DNA of 61,662 bases from a virus. Taxonomy: Duplodnaviria > Caudoviricetes. The DNA lies in the IMG/VR virus record IMGVR_UViG_3300042343_000382, positions 1 to 61,662 of that record; one strand, given 5' to 3'. The notes below the pieces were generated by a model. That model was not told where the DNA came from. It saw only the letters and a list, made by a program, of their open reading frames with translations, and made no database searches. Made by a program: the position numbers and the translations under genes. The first letter of the stretch is position 1. Every line of letters starts with the position of its first letter. This document shows, one piece after another, positions 19,855 to 27,850 of this stretch.

Positions 19855-20405
19855 AGCTTATTAAAATTATATATTCTTCTTATATGTTCTATGAATTCAT
19901 CTTTAGTTAAAGAGCTTTTCATAATATTACACACTTTACAACAAGGAACGCAATTATCTAAAAAATATCCTTTGCTACTATCTACTCTGTCAACTCCATT
20001 TGAAACAAATAATCCGTTTTCACTTCTTTTAGTATGATGTAATTTACCTTCTAAATTACAGTAATTACATTTTTTAATGATAATACCTCTAAACTCATCT
20101 TTTGTTAAACAAAAATCTATATTTCTATTTTTAGCAGAATGTTTATACGATATATATTTATAATTAAAATTTGCTTCTCCAAATTCTATTTTACGTAATC
20201 CTTCTTTTCTTTTTTTATTAAATACACATCCGCAAGATATTGTACCGTTTGTCAGTGTACCTGTTGACATTTTCTTTTTAACTCCACATTCACATAAAAC
20301 ATCCCACATTGCTCTTTTTTGTCCAGATGGCTGAATATGTGAATGACTATAATTTAAAACTGTAAGAATACCTATTTTTTTATTAACTAAATCTAATCTT
20401 TTCAT
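19848..20405 (-). CDS. HNH-family homing endonuclease
   Basis: CECG..SCGC N-terminus; CNYC, NGVDRVDSSKGY..DNCVPCCKVCN.MK; AT-rich insertion-like composition. Confidence 0.85.
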   Translation of the reverse strand: MKRLDLVNKKIGILTVLNYSHSHIQPSGQKRAMWDVLCECGVKKKMSTGTLTNGTISCGCVFNKKRKEGLRKIEFGEANFNYKYISYKHSAKNRNIDFCLTKDEFRGIIIKKCNYCNLEGKLHHTKRSENGLFVSNGVDRVDSSKGYFLDNCVPCCKVCNIMKSSLTKDEFIEHIRRIYNFNKLC

Positions 20406-20416
20406 TGTTTTTTTTA

Positions 20417-20424
20417 CAAAGATA
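20417..20424 (-). promoter_or_regulatory. Bacteroidota-type -7 box (TATCTTTG)
   Basis: 11 nt upstream of ATG 20405. Confidence 0.6.
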
Positions 20425-20530
20425 AGATATTATTATTAAATTATTTTAACTATTCTTTTCTTTAGTGATATGTTTATTATTTTTTTTTAAATTATATACC
20501 ACATAATTTAGTGGCATAATATTAAATGTT

Positions 20531-20548
20531 TTATCTTTGCAAAGATAA
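20531..20548. promoter_or_regulatory. Palindromic pair of -7 boxes
   Basis: TTATCTTTGCAAAGATAA, perfect 18-bp palindrome with TATCTTTG on both strands, between divergent genes. Confidence 0.6.
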
Positions 20549-20561
20549 TAATTAAATCAAA

Positions 20562-21038
20562 ATGAAATTAAGAAAGAAAATAATCATTAAGAACTACCAA
20601 CGCGTTGAGCCGAAGCATGACTGGCTTAAGTACTGGCGCGTTGTAAGGTATTGGGTGTCAGAGTCTTATGGGCTATCCTACCCAGATCTAGAGATGCTCC
20701 TCTTTTTATACTCCGAGGACCTCTTTTCGGAGCACGACTTCGAGAAGTTTGAGAGAATTATGTCATGGGATACGCACAGGTTTAAGAGGCTGGTCGAGGG
20801 AGACTGGATCGTACCCTGGCGTGAGAAGAATGGAAACGAGAAGGCACTCTACACGCTGTCCTTCAAGGGCAAGAGGCTGATAAACGCTGTCTACAAGAAG
20901 CTTAGCGGTGAGGAGGGCATCACCACACACCCAACCAAGAACCCAATCTTTAGAAAGGACGCTGGATACATCGCGCGCGGGTACCGAAAGATGATTCTAG
21001 AGATGAATGAGGCGATACAGAGGGCTAAGCAGTATTAG
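20562..21038 (+). CDS. Winged-helix (MarR-like) DNA-binding protein
   Basis: YGLSYPDLEMLLFL...FKRLVEGDWI...LYTLSFKGKRLI; lone plus-strand gene in the late region. Confidence 0.6.
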   Translation: MKLRKKIIIKNYQRVEPKHDWLKYWRVVRYWVSESYGLSYPDLEMLLFLYSEDLFSEHDFEKFERIMSWDTHRFKRLVEGDWIVPWREKNGNEKALYTLSFKGKRLINAVYKKLSGEEGITTHPTKNPIFRKDAGYIARGYRKMILEMNEAIQRAKQY

Positions 21039-21094
21039 CTAATATGTTGTATAATGTATCATATTATGCGCGATAATAGCTAATATGTTGTATA
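21036..21094. repeat. 18-bp direct repeat x2
   Basis: TAGCTAATATGTTGTATA at 21036 and 21077. Confidence 0.85.
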
Positions 21095-21112
21095 TAACGG
21101 ACATTATCAAAT

Positions 21113-21143
21113 AAAAAACCACCGAGGTTAGTCGGTGGTTATT
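21113..21143. terminator. Bidirectional rho-independent terminator
   Basis: AACCACCGA-ggttag-TCGGTGGTT with A-run on the left, between convergent genes. Confidence 0.8.
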
Positions 21144-21147
21144 AGTA

Positions 21148-21405
21148 TTAAATCACAACGATCACGTCCCTCTCCATTATCACAGTGTAGGTCTTGTCGC
21201 CTATCATCATACTGTAGCCAGCGTTCTTGTCGTAGTAGACGATGTCTCCGTCATTAATTGACTGCACGTCCGTCCCCTTCTTTACTATCTCTGCCTTCTT
21301 GTAACGCATCTTAGACGTGTCACTCCCAGACATTATCAGACCGATGTCAGACTTGACCTGCTCATCGATCTGGTTGATCACTATATATTTTCCAAGTGGC
21401 TTCAT
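21148..21405 (-). CDS. groES: Co-chaperonin GroES
   Basis: MKPLGKYIVI...IGLIM...INDGDIVYY...YTVIMERDVIVV; adjacent to GroEL. Confidence 0.88.
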   Translation of the reverse strand: MKPLGKYIVINQIDEQVKSDIGLIMSGSDTSKMRYKKAEIVKKGTDVQSINDGDIVYYDKNAGYSMMIGDKTYTVIMERDVIVVI

Positions 21406-21406
21406 A

Positions 21407-22990
21407 TTACGCTCGTGTTAAGGTTATAATCGCGTTGGTGCTTAGTATCGTGGTGGCTACACTGACCGCGTTCTTCAGCGCGTTCTTCGTCACCTTCAGC
21501 GGATCTATTATCCCCATCCCGAACATATCACCGTAGCACTCATTCTTCACGTCGTAACCGTGCCCATGATCGTTCACGCTCGACATCACCTCGTAGCCGT
21601 CCTTACCCGCGTTGTCCATTATCTGCAGCAGCGGTGACTGTATCGCCCAGCCAACGATCTGCATCGCGGTGTACTGGTCGTGGCTTATGTGCTCCATATT
21701 TTCATCCGCGTACTCAATAATATCAGACGCTATATTAAACAGCGCCACACCACCACCTGGTAGTATGCCCTCCTCTAGTGCCGACCTTACAGCACAGACA
21801 GCGTCATCAACCCTGTCGTACCTCTCCTTCTGCTCCACGTCCGAGCCACCTCCAACGTATATAACTCCAACACCACCTGTAAGTGACGCTATACGCTCCT
21901 TTAGGGCGTCCCTCTCGTTCTTCCTCGTTGAGTTGTTGTGCTGTATCCATAATTGTTCTACACGCTCTCTAATCGCCTCATTTGAGGTCTCGCTTCGAAC
22001 TAAGACTGTGCTGTCCCTTCCGACGATCACCCTGTCTGCCTTCCCGAGGTGGTCTATTGTGATTAGACTCAGGTCATCACCAGTCTGCTCGCTGAAGTAC
22101 TTAGCACCAACCGCAAGCGCGATGTCCTGCATCAGCTCCTGCTGCTTGTAGCCAAACTGTGGCGGCTGAATGTTACAGAACTTCAGGTTGTTATGAGCCA
22201 CGTTTGCAGCCAGCGTGTTGATCACGTTGCCAGTACACGGTCCAATTATCAATAGCTTCTTCTGCCCGTTTATGATCGGCTTCAGCACGTTCTCTATAGA
22301 CAGTATGTTACTTATCTCCTGGTCGGTCACCATAATGTACACGTCCTCCATTATGCACTCCTCCTTCTTCATGTCATTCACGAACAGCCTGCTCGTGTAA
22401 CCACGTCCTATCTTTATACCATTAGTCACCTCGCTGTAGGTCTTATCCGTCTGCGAGTTCTCCACTGTAACGATGCCCTCCTTACCGACCTTGTTGTACG
22501 CGTCAGCGATAATAGCACCCAGCTCCCTGTCGTTATTAGCAGATATAGAGGCTACGTCCTTGAGCGTCTTACCACTCACCTTCTTGCTCATCTTCTCCAG
22601 GCTCTTTACAACACCATCGACAACAGTGTTCACGTTACGAAGCACCTCCGTCGGGTTGTTCCTCTCCGTGATGAACTCGTTGCCCCTTGTGACCATAGCC
22701 TCAGTCAGCACAATCGCTGTGGTTGTACCGTCACCTGCGCTGGTTGCAGTCCTGTCGGCCGCCTCCTTCATCATACGCACCGCAAGGTTCTCAACTGGAT
22801 CCTTTAGGTTTATAGATTTAGCAACCGTGACACCGTCCTTTGTAATAGTTATACCGTTAGTGTGGTTCTGTGATTCAATTAGCACCGTCTTACCTCTCGG
22901 TCCTAACGTGCTCTTTACCGCCTTGCTGATCGTGGTTATACCATTTACCAGCTTGTCTCTTCCTTCCTTGTCAAATACTAAGTCGTTCAT
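21407..22990 (-). CDS. groEL: Chaperonin GroEL
   Basis: TLGPRG, ITKDGVTVAK, AGDGTTTA, EEGILPGGG, GIIDPLKV. Confidence 0.97.
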   Translation of the reverse strand: MNDLVFDKEGRDKLVNGITTISKAVKSTLGPRGKTVLIESQNHTNGITITKDGVTVAKSINLKDPVENLAVRMMKEAADRTATSAGDGTTTAIVLTEAMVTRGNEFITERNNPTEVLRNVNTVVDGVVKSLEKMSKKVSGKTLKDVASISANNDRELGAIIADAYNKVGKEGIVTVENSQTDKTYSEVTNGIKIGRGYTSRLFVNDMKKEECIMEDVYIMVTDQEISNILSIENVLKPIINGQKKLLIIGPCTGNVINTLAANVAHNNLKFCNIQPPQFGYKQQELMQDIALAVGAKYFSEQTGDDLSLITIDHLGKADRVIVGRDSTVLVRSETSNEAIRERVEQLWIQHNNSTRKNERDALKERIASLTGGVGVIYVGGGSDVEQKERYDRVDDAVCAVRSALEEGILPGGGVALFNIASDIIEYADENMEHISHDQYTAMQIVGWAIQSPLLQIMDNAGKDGYEVMSSVNDHGHGYDVKNECYGDMFGMGIIDPLKVTKNALKNAVSVATTILSTNAIITLTRA

Positions 22991-22993
22991 AGA

Positions 22994-23119
22994 TTAAAAT
23001 GTAAATTGAATGTGTATACACAGGATGTAGATGTTTAACTCTGAGTAGTCAAAGTCTTCGTCCTTGGCGAACCAAGATAAACCAAACATAAGATAGTTTG
23101 GTGCAATTGTAATTTCCAT
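22994..23119 (-). CDS. Small hypothetical protein (41 aa)
   Basis: MEITIAPNYLMFGLSWFAKDEDFDYSELNIYILCIHIQFTF; between a -7 box and groEL. Confidence 0.6.
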   Translation of the reverse strand: MEITIAPNYLMFGLSWFAKDEDFDYSELNIYILCIHIQFTF

Positions 23120-23146
23120 ATAAAATAAAATTAGATTATTATGATG

Positions 23147-23154
23147 CAAATATA
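23147..23154 (-). promoter_or_regulatory. Bacteroidota-type -7 box (TATATTTG), groEL operon
   Basis: TAnnTTTG upstream of ATG 23119. Confidence 0.6.
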
Positions 23155-23196
23155 TACAAAATAAGTATACGGATTTAATACTATTTAAAAATAGTC

Positions 23197-23305
23197 TTAT
23201 GTCAGAAATGACGTTTTACTTCTCCCTATTCTCTTATATATATATTTTATATATATTTTATTTTTTTTTCTGTAGAAATAGGAAAAAAATCAGAATACTA
23301 ACATA
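23197..23305 (+). repeat. Long imperfect inverted repeat, copy A
   Basis: TTATGTCAGAA...CTATTCTCTTATATATATTTT...AAAAAATCAGAATACTA.CATA matches the reverse complement of 26062..26169. Confidence 0.85.
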
Positions 23306-23702
23306 GAGGTAGTTAAAGTATTAATAATCAAGAGGTTATCTCATGACAAACTTTTTTAAAATCGTCAGGAGACGTCATTTTTAGATAAAAAACGTCGTAC
23401 GTCAATGGTAGCAAGGGATGAGGTAAAAAAAATAGGTTAGAAATGTGTGGTATTTGGGTTATATATAGGATTTGCGTGACGATTCGCTGTAGGAAAGCGA
23501 CTACAATTTCGACACGGGGGTTCCGATTTCAGAATTTTCCTACAGAATTTTCAGGTTTTTGTGGGACGGTACCTTCCTGCAGGGTGACCTACATTTTACG
23601 TCCCTATGGTTACTTCTTATGTATGGTATCTTACTATACATACTACATATATTTGTAGGGTGAACCTTACATTTATTTTGTAGGAAAGAAACTAAACTTA
23701 TC

Positions 23703-23734
23703 CGACAACAAACGGTTACAAACGACAACAAACG
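23703..23734 (+). repeat. Phased short repeats
   Basis: ACAAACG at 23708, 23718 and 23728; CGACAACAAACG twice. Confidence 0.7.
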
Positions 23735-24066
23735 TCTTACTAATTGCCACAACATAAACCCTAACTCTTAAGGTTTATCTTACAATGAAAGGTAACGATA
23801 AAGTTTATCAATTGGCTTATAGAAATAATCTATGATAGGTTTTATCTATGGTAAAAGACATTTCGATAGGCAATTACCTTCATCGCTATGCACACGCGCG
23901 CACGCAATACTATATATACAAATTACCTAAACAACATAACTAACTGATTTACAGTAAATTAAAATAGTAAGAATTAAACTTGTAGGAAAGTACTGCATTT
24001 GTAATCCTTGCGAAGCCCCGTAAACACTAGGAAAGTGAAAATAATTTAAAAAAACTTCAAAAAAAA

Positions 24067-24099
24067 TTTGGTAGTTTAATTGTTGTCGCCGTATGTTTG
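24067..24099 (+). promoter_or_regulatory. Full Bacteroidota housekeeping promoter (early promoter)
   Basis: TTTG (24067-70), 21-nt spacer, TATGTTTG (24092-99) = -33/-7 consensus. Confidence 0.8.
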
Positions 24100-24102
24100 C
24101 AA

Positions 24103-24317
24103 TGTCAAAACGAAACAACTAGTAATTTTGACAAGCAAAGTTTAATTGCTTCAACCTAAAACCGTCGGGACTACAGACGTACAAAGTAGCGGGAGTCAAT
24201 AAAGACTATAAAATTGGCTGTAGTTAGTCTGAAATAAGAGGTCAAAGTAATCCTTGAAGTTCGAAACTACGATACTACTAAGAAGGTCAACTTGTTTGGC
24301 TACATAAGTAAAAGGTC
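24103..24317 (+). ncRNA. Structured 5' leader RNA of unknown class
   Basis: No ORF; stems TGTCAAAA/TTTTGACA, AGCAA/TTGCT, CGTC/GACG, AGACTA/TAGTCT, GTAG/CTAC between promoter and ribozyme. Confidence 0.5.
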
Positions 24318-24375
24318 GTTAACCGTAGCAAAGTGAGTGCTTTGCCTGAAGAGTCGAAAACGACGAAACGGTAAC
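24318..24375 (+). ncRNA. Hammerhead ribozyme, type III
   Basis: Stem III ACCGT/ACGGT, GUA triplet (cut after 24327), stem I GCAAAG/CTTTGC, core CTGAAGA, stem II GTCG-AAAA-CGAC, GAAA. Confidence 0.93.
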
Positions 24376-24392
24376 TTTAAAACTTTATTAAA

Positions 24393-24506
24393 ATGAAACA
24401 ATTTATTAAAAGAAACGAGGGTGAAATTTATTTTACCATTACAGTAATGGCGTTCGCCATATTATTAATAGTACTAGACTTAAATAACATTATTAAAATC
24501 AACTAA
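24393..24506 (+). CDS. Small single-TM protein (37 aa), first early gene
   Basis: MKQFIKRNEGEIYFTITVMAFAILLIVLDLNNIIKIN; A-rich start, stop 1 nt before next ATG. Confidence 0.65.
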   Translation: MKQFIKRNEGEIYFTITVMAFAILLIVLDLNNIIKIN

Positions 24507-24507
24507 G

Positions 24508-25086
24508 ATGAGAAAGTTAACTAAATATCAACTACAAAAAATATCTAGAAACCTTGATAAATATTTCAATCTAGCAAGTGAAGACGATATAAAAAATGGC
24601 TTGCTTTGGTACCAACAAGCCAACGACATTTGCAAAGATATAGCGCAAAAATACGGGACGAGTACATTTATTGCTTCAGGCGTTATCAGCGCGCTTAGTC
24701 CTAGAAACAAATGGGCAAAAAATATACAGGACGCGTATACAGTTTTCGAGGCCGTACAAAATAACGTCGAAGCCGTTGACACAAAAGTGAGTACGTTTCA
24801 CACGAACAAGTTCAAAGCCTTTGCTATAGCGCAGGGCAAGGTAACGATAACGAGCGAAAGCAATAAGACCTTCGCGTTTTGTGAGAATATAGCGCACTTA
24901 AACGAGGACTTTGTAACGGTTGACGTTTGGCACCTTAGGGCTTGTTTCGACATGACAATGGGCTCAATCGGGGACTTGGCCTATAAACAACTGCAAAGCA
25001 TAACACTAAGCAAGGCTAAGAAGTTAGGTATAAGAGGCTTCGAATATCAGGCAATAATTTGGAACTCAGTTCAAAACAATTTTTAA
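24508..25086 (+). CDS. Conserved phage protein, possible HhH-GPD DNA glycosylase-like fold
   Basis: G..WY, ISALSPRNKW..N, KT..F..NI, VTVDVWH (resembles the catalytic VDxH motif). Confidence 0.55.
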   Translation: MRKLTKYQLQKISRNLDKYFNLASEDDIKNGLLWYQQANDICKDIAQKYGTSTFIASGVISALSPRNKWAKNIQDAYTVFEAVQNNVEAVDTKVSTFHTNKFKAFAIAQGKVTITSESNKTFAFCENIAHLNEDFVTVDVWHLRACFDMTMGSIGDLAYKQLQSITLSKAKKLGIRGFEYQAIIWNSVQNNF

Positions 25087-25087
25087 T

Positions 25088-25246
25088 ATGAACTACGAAA
25101 CATACGAACAAAAGTACAAGGGCACGACAAGGACTATCTTTCGTGCCTATATAGGTAAAGGCTTCATAGAAGCGCAAAGCCTCGAAAGATTAAACGAACT
25201 AATTAATAACCACGCCCCAATAAAAGAGGGTACATTTAAAGACTAA
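25088..25246 (+). CDS. Hypothetical protein (52 aa)
   Basis: MNYETYEQKYKGTTRTIFRAYIGKGF...; tight spacing. Confidence 0.6.
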   Translation: MNYETYEQKYKGTTRTIFRAYIGKGFIEAQSLERLNELINNHAPIKEGTFKD

Positions 25247-25251
25247 ACACA

Positions 25252-25437
25252 ATGGACAAATCGTATTCAATTTTTTGCATAGCAAGTCAGTTACTAGAGG
25301 GTAACGAGAGAGAACTAGACGTAGTTTGGGAAACGGCAACCAAACTATATGACGAATTTTTAGAGAGTGAGTTCAACGATTATAATCAATCGGAACTAGA
25401 CTGCATTAATGAATTTTTAACAACTAAAAACAAATGA
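25252..25437 (+). CDS. Acidic hypothetical protein
   Basis: 61 aa, ATGA overlap. Confidence 0.7.
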   Translation: MDKSYSIFCIASQLLEGNERELDVVWETATKLYDEFLESEFNDYNQSELDCINEFLTTKNK

Positions 25438-25775
25438 AAACATTACAGATTAACATCGGACTAAACAACAACACAATGACTGCAGAACAAGTCGTAGACT
25501 ATATCGCAAGCAATAAAGAGTATCGACTTATGGCTTATCAGATAGTTGATGCAGAGTTTAACGGAAACGTCGAGCCTACCTTTGTAGGACTTATGGAGTA
25601 CAACTATTCAAGGCAGTCAAAGATACTGCAGGACTTCGAGAATATAGCCTCAGTCATGACTCAAGAAAGCATAGCTATTAAAACAGACAAAATGCAGGTC
25701 TTAGCATTCAATCCTAGTTACAATGGTGACGGGTACCAATTCGACGAACAATACTTTAAAAGCATTAAACTATGA
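25434..25775 (+). CDS. Hypothetical protein
   Basis: 113 aa, coupled overlaps. Confidence 0.75.
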   Translation: MKTLQINIGLNNNTMTAEQVVDYIASNKEYRLMAYQIVDAEFNGNVEPTFVGLMEYNYSRQSKILQDFENIASVMTQESIAIKTDKMQVLAFNPSYNGDGYQFDEQYFKSIKL

Positions 25776-25969
25776 ACATAAACATAAACATACTAGAGGT
25801 AGCCTCAGAGCTAGCGCATAAGAAAATAGAAGAGCACTTCGAGTTTGAGGCCAAGAAAATATATGAGTGGGTTTCAGATGAAGAGAGCAGGTACACGGAA
25901 GAGGCGCAAGAATTATTCAACGAGTGGTACGACTACTACTACGATTTTTTACTTAAACTTAAAGAATAG
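25772..25969 (+). CDS. Acidic hypothetical protein
   Basis: 65 aa, YTEEAQELFNEWYDYY. Confidence 0.7.
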   Translation: MNININILEVASELAHKKIEEHFEFEAKKIYEWVSDEESRYTEEAQELFNEWYDYYYDFLLKLKE

Positions 25970-26061
25970 TAAAGTTATGCTAGAAAATCTAGCATGGAAT
26001 GACGCGAGAAAATAAAATCGTCATAGCCTTGAGGTCAATGGAATCAAGACTTAACGTTTTA

Positions 26062-26169
26062 TATGCTAGTATTCTGATTTTTTCTTTACTTTCTAGGTAA
26101 AAAAAATAAATAAATAAATAAAAATATATATAAGAGAATAGAGAGAATAAAATCGACATTCTGACATAA
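26062..26169 (-). repeat. Long imperfect inverted repeat, copy B
   Basis: Reverse complement aligns with 23197..23305. Confidence 0.85.
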
Positions 26170-26220
26170 CAATTTAAACTAATTACAAACGATAAACTAT
26201 CGTTTAAAAAAAGAAAAACA

Positions 26221-26385
26221 ATGATAACAATAAACAACAAAACTTGGACGGAGCAGGAACTTATTCAATTAATAGATGACGCTCAACTTATCGCAGAATT
26301 TATTCGTATGGACTTAAGTACAATAGAAGACAACGAAGACGTAATGGCTTTAGAAACCTATACTAACTTTTCAAACAAATACTAA
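26221..26385 (+). CDS. Hypothetical protein (54 aa)
   Basis: MITINNKTWTEQELIQLIDDAQ...; stop 1 nt before next ATG. Confidence 0.6.
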   Translation: MITINNKTWTEQELIQLIDDAQLIAEFIRMDLSTIEDNEDVMALETYTNFSNKY

Positions 26386-26386
26386 T

Positions 26387-26650
26387 ATGCAAGTAATTAT
26401 AACACGAGGAAGCTACGGCTTCGGTCACGAGTGGACGCTAGAGGCGTACGGAAAGCAATACTACCTAGGGCAGGACGTAAAGTTCTGTTCAAGGGTGTTA
26501 GGTCTTGAACCTAGCACTATTGTCTCAGAGATAGGCAGTCCCGAAATAGAGGTGCCTGCAGTGAACAATCGCCTAGCGAAGTTCATATGTAATGAACTAG
26601 GCATAACAAGAAAAACAAATATTAACGCGTGGGACTTATGCGCCCAGTAA
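26387..26650 (+). CDS. Hypothetical protein
   Basis: 87 aa, YLGQDVKFCSRVLG. Confidence 0.75.
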   Translation: MQVIITRGSYGFGHEWTLEAYGKQYYLGQDVKFCSRVLGLEPSTIVSEIGSPEIEVPAVNNRLAKFICNELGITRKTNINAWDLCAQ

Positions 26651-27024
26651 TACTAAACACAATGGAAGAAAATAAATTAATACTAGAGTTTTTAAACACG
26701 GACGTAAACAATGACGGGACGTATGAGTTACCAAAGTTTGGTACTATAAGACCTAACGGGGACTTCAAGACGAGTTTCACTGCAGAGCAAACTAAGTTTC
26801 ACAAGGATTGGAACTGGATTATGGAAGCGGTTGATAAGATTGAGAGTATAGGAGACGAAGAAAATAATGGTGAGTACTTCTTCGAGATATATAAGTTTGG
26901 TGTTACAATATTTAGCAACGGGGTATATGTTAATGAAATAGTAAACACTTCAGGCAAAACAAAACTAGAGGCTACCTACAAGGCAATAGTAGAATTTATT
27001 AATTATTATAACGCAATAAAATGA
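26629..27024 (+). CDS. Hypothetical protein (likely start at MEENKL)
   Basis: FHKDWNWIMEAVDKIE...KLEATYKAIVEFI pattern. Confidence 0.75.
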   Translation: MGLMRPVILNTMEENKLILEFLNTDVNNDGTYELPKFGTIRPNGDFKTSFTAEQTKFHKDWNWIMEAVDKIESIGDEENNGEYFFEIYKFGVTIFSNGVYVNEIVNTSGKTKLEATYKAIVEFINYYNAIK

Positions 27025-27200
27025 AACAACGAGTTTGGGAGCTATGGTTCCTAGTATCAGTAATAGTATTCGGTGCCTTCTTCTTCGTGGGCACCATAGA
27101 GGGGAGCCAAGAGGCCTTCCCTAACTTATTTTGGGGATTCGTCCCTGCATTGTTTAACCTAGCCGTGTGTTCATACTACGGCACAAAACCAACCAAGTAA
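27021..27200 (+). CDS. Small two-TM membrane protein (59 aa)
   Basis: MKQRVWELWFLVSVIVFGAFFFVG...; ATGA and TAATG overlaps. Confidence 0.65.
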   Translation: MKQRVWELWFLVSVIVFGAFFFVGTIEGSQEAFPNLFWGFVPALFNLAVCSYYGTKPTK

Positions 27201-27712
27201 TGGAAAATTTTAGAGTAACGAGAGAACAGATTTTGAAGTACAATATGCAGGACGAGTTTCCTGAGGTGTTTAAACTAGAGACGCACAGGTGGTACATAGT
27301 GAGCCACCCGTATTATATTCAGGACGCAATTATCTTTATTCAGGAGGAAGGTATGCCTCACACTTTTGGATTCAATCACGAGGGTGATTGGACTGAAATT
27401 TACAATAACGAACACCTGCATAGCAAGTATCGTAAAGACATCGTAAGACCTGCGACTAACGAAGAGGTAAAGAACGCGCTTATTGACGAGGCTACAAGAC
27501 GTGGCGTGTGGGACAGACCTATGGTCTCTGCGGTTAGTGGAAACATAAACACAGACGGTTCATACTCCGAGGCATTTGAGGCTGTTAACAACGTCCTATG
27601 GTCAAGATACGGCAGGGTGTTCGACAATGGTGAGTGGGCGACTGCGCTAGAACTTACAACTGAGGAGAGGTTAGAGAGAATCGAAAAGCATTTAGGACTA
27701 TGGAGACAGTAG
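27200..27712 (+). CDS. Hypothetical protein
   Basis: Start taken at the TAATG overlap (MENFRV...) within track ORF 27167..27712. Confidence 0.75.
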   Translation: MENFRVTREQILKYNMQDEFPEVFKLETHRWYIVSHPYYIQDAIIFIQEEGMPHTFGFNHEGDWTEIYNNEHLHSKYRKDIVRPATNEEVKNALIDEATRRGVWDRPMVSAVSGNINTDGSYSEAFEAVNNVLWSRYGRVFDNGEWATALELTTEERLERIEKHLGLWRQ

Positions 27713-27849
27713 AGAGACAGGTAAGAGACATCTTCGCGAAGAGGAGCATAACCGACAGGGACGTAAGAAAAGCCAACGAACTTATAAGGGTGTGGAAGTA
27801 TTGGCACAAGTGGAAGGAAGCCACGAGTAACCCTATTAAAGCCTACTAG
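27700..27849 (+). CDS. Hypothetical protein (49 aa)
   Basis: METVERQVRDIFAKRSITDRDVRKANELIRVWKYWHKWK... Confidence 0.6.
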   Translation: METVERQVRDIFAKRSITDRDVRKANELIRVWKYWHKWKEATSNPIKAY

Positions 27850-27850
27850 T

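Noticed and set aside
19848-20405. Group I intron or intein around the HNH genes
   Set aside because: Both HNH ORFs are free-standing between intact genes; no split host gene or intron core seen
21036-21094. Mini CRISPR array
   Set aside because: Only two 18-bp non-palindromic repeats, a short spacer and no cas genes
23443-24118. Three short track ORFs in the divergence region
   Set aside because: Overlapping, no coding-like composition or operon context; the region carries promoter and repeats
25989-26240. Track ORF of 83 aa on minus strand
   Set aside because: Low-complexity translation of the AT-rich inverted repeat, against local gene direction
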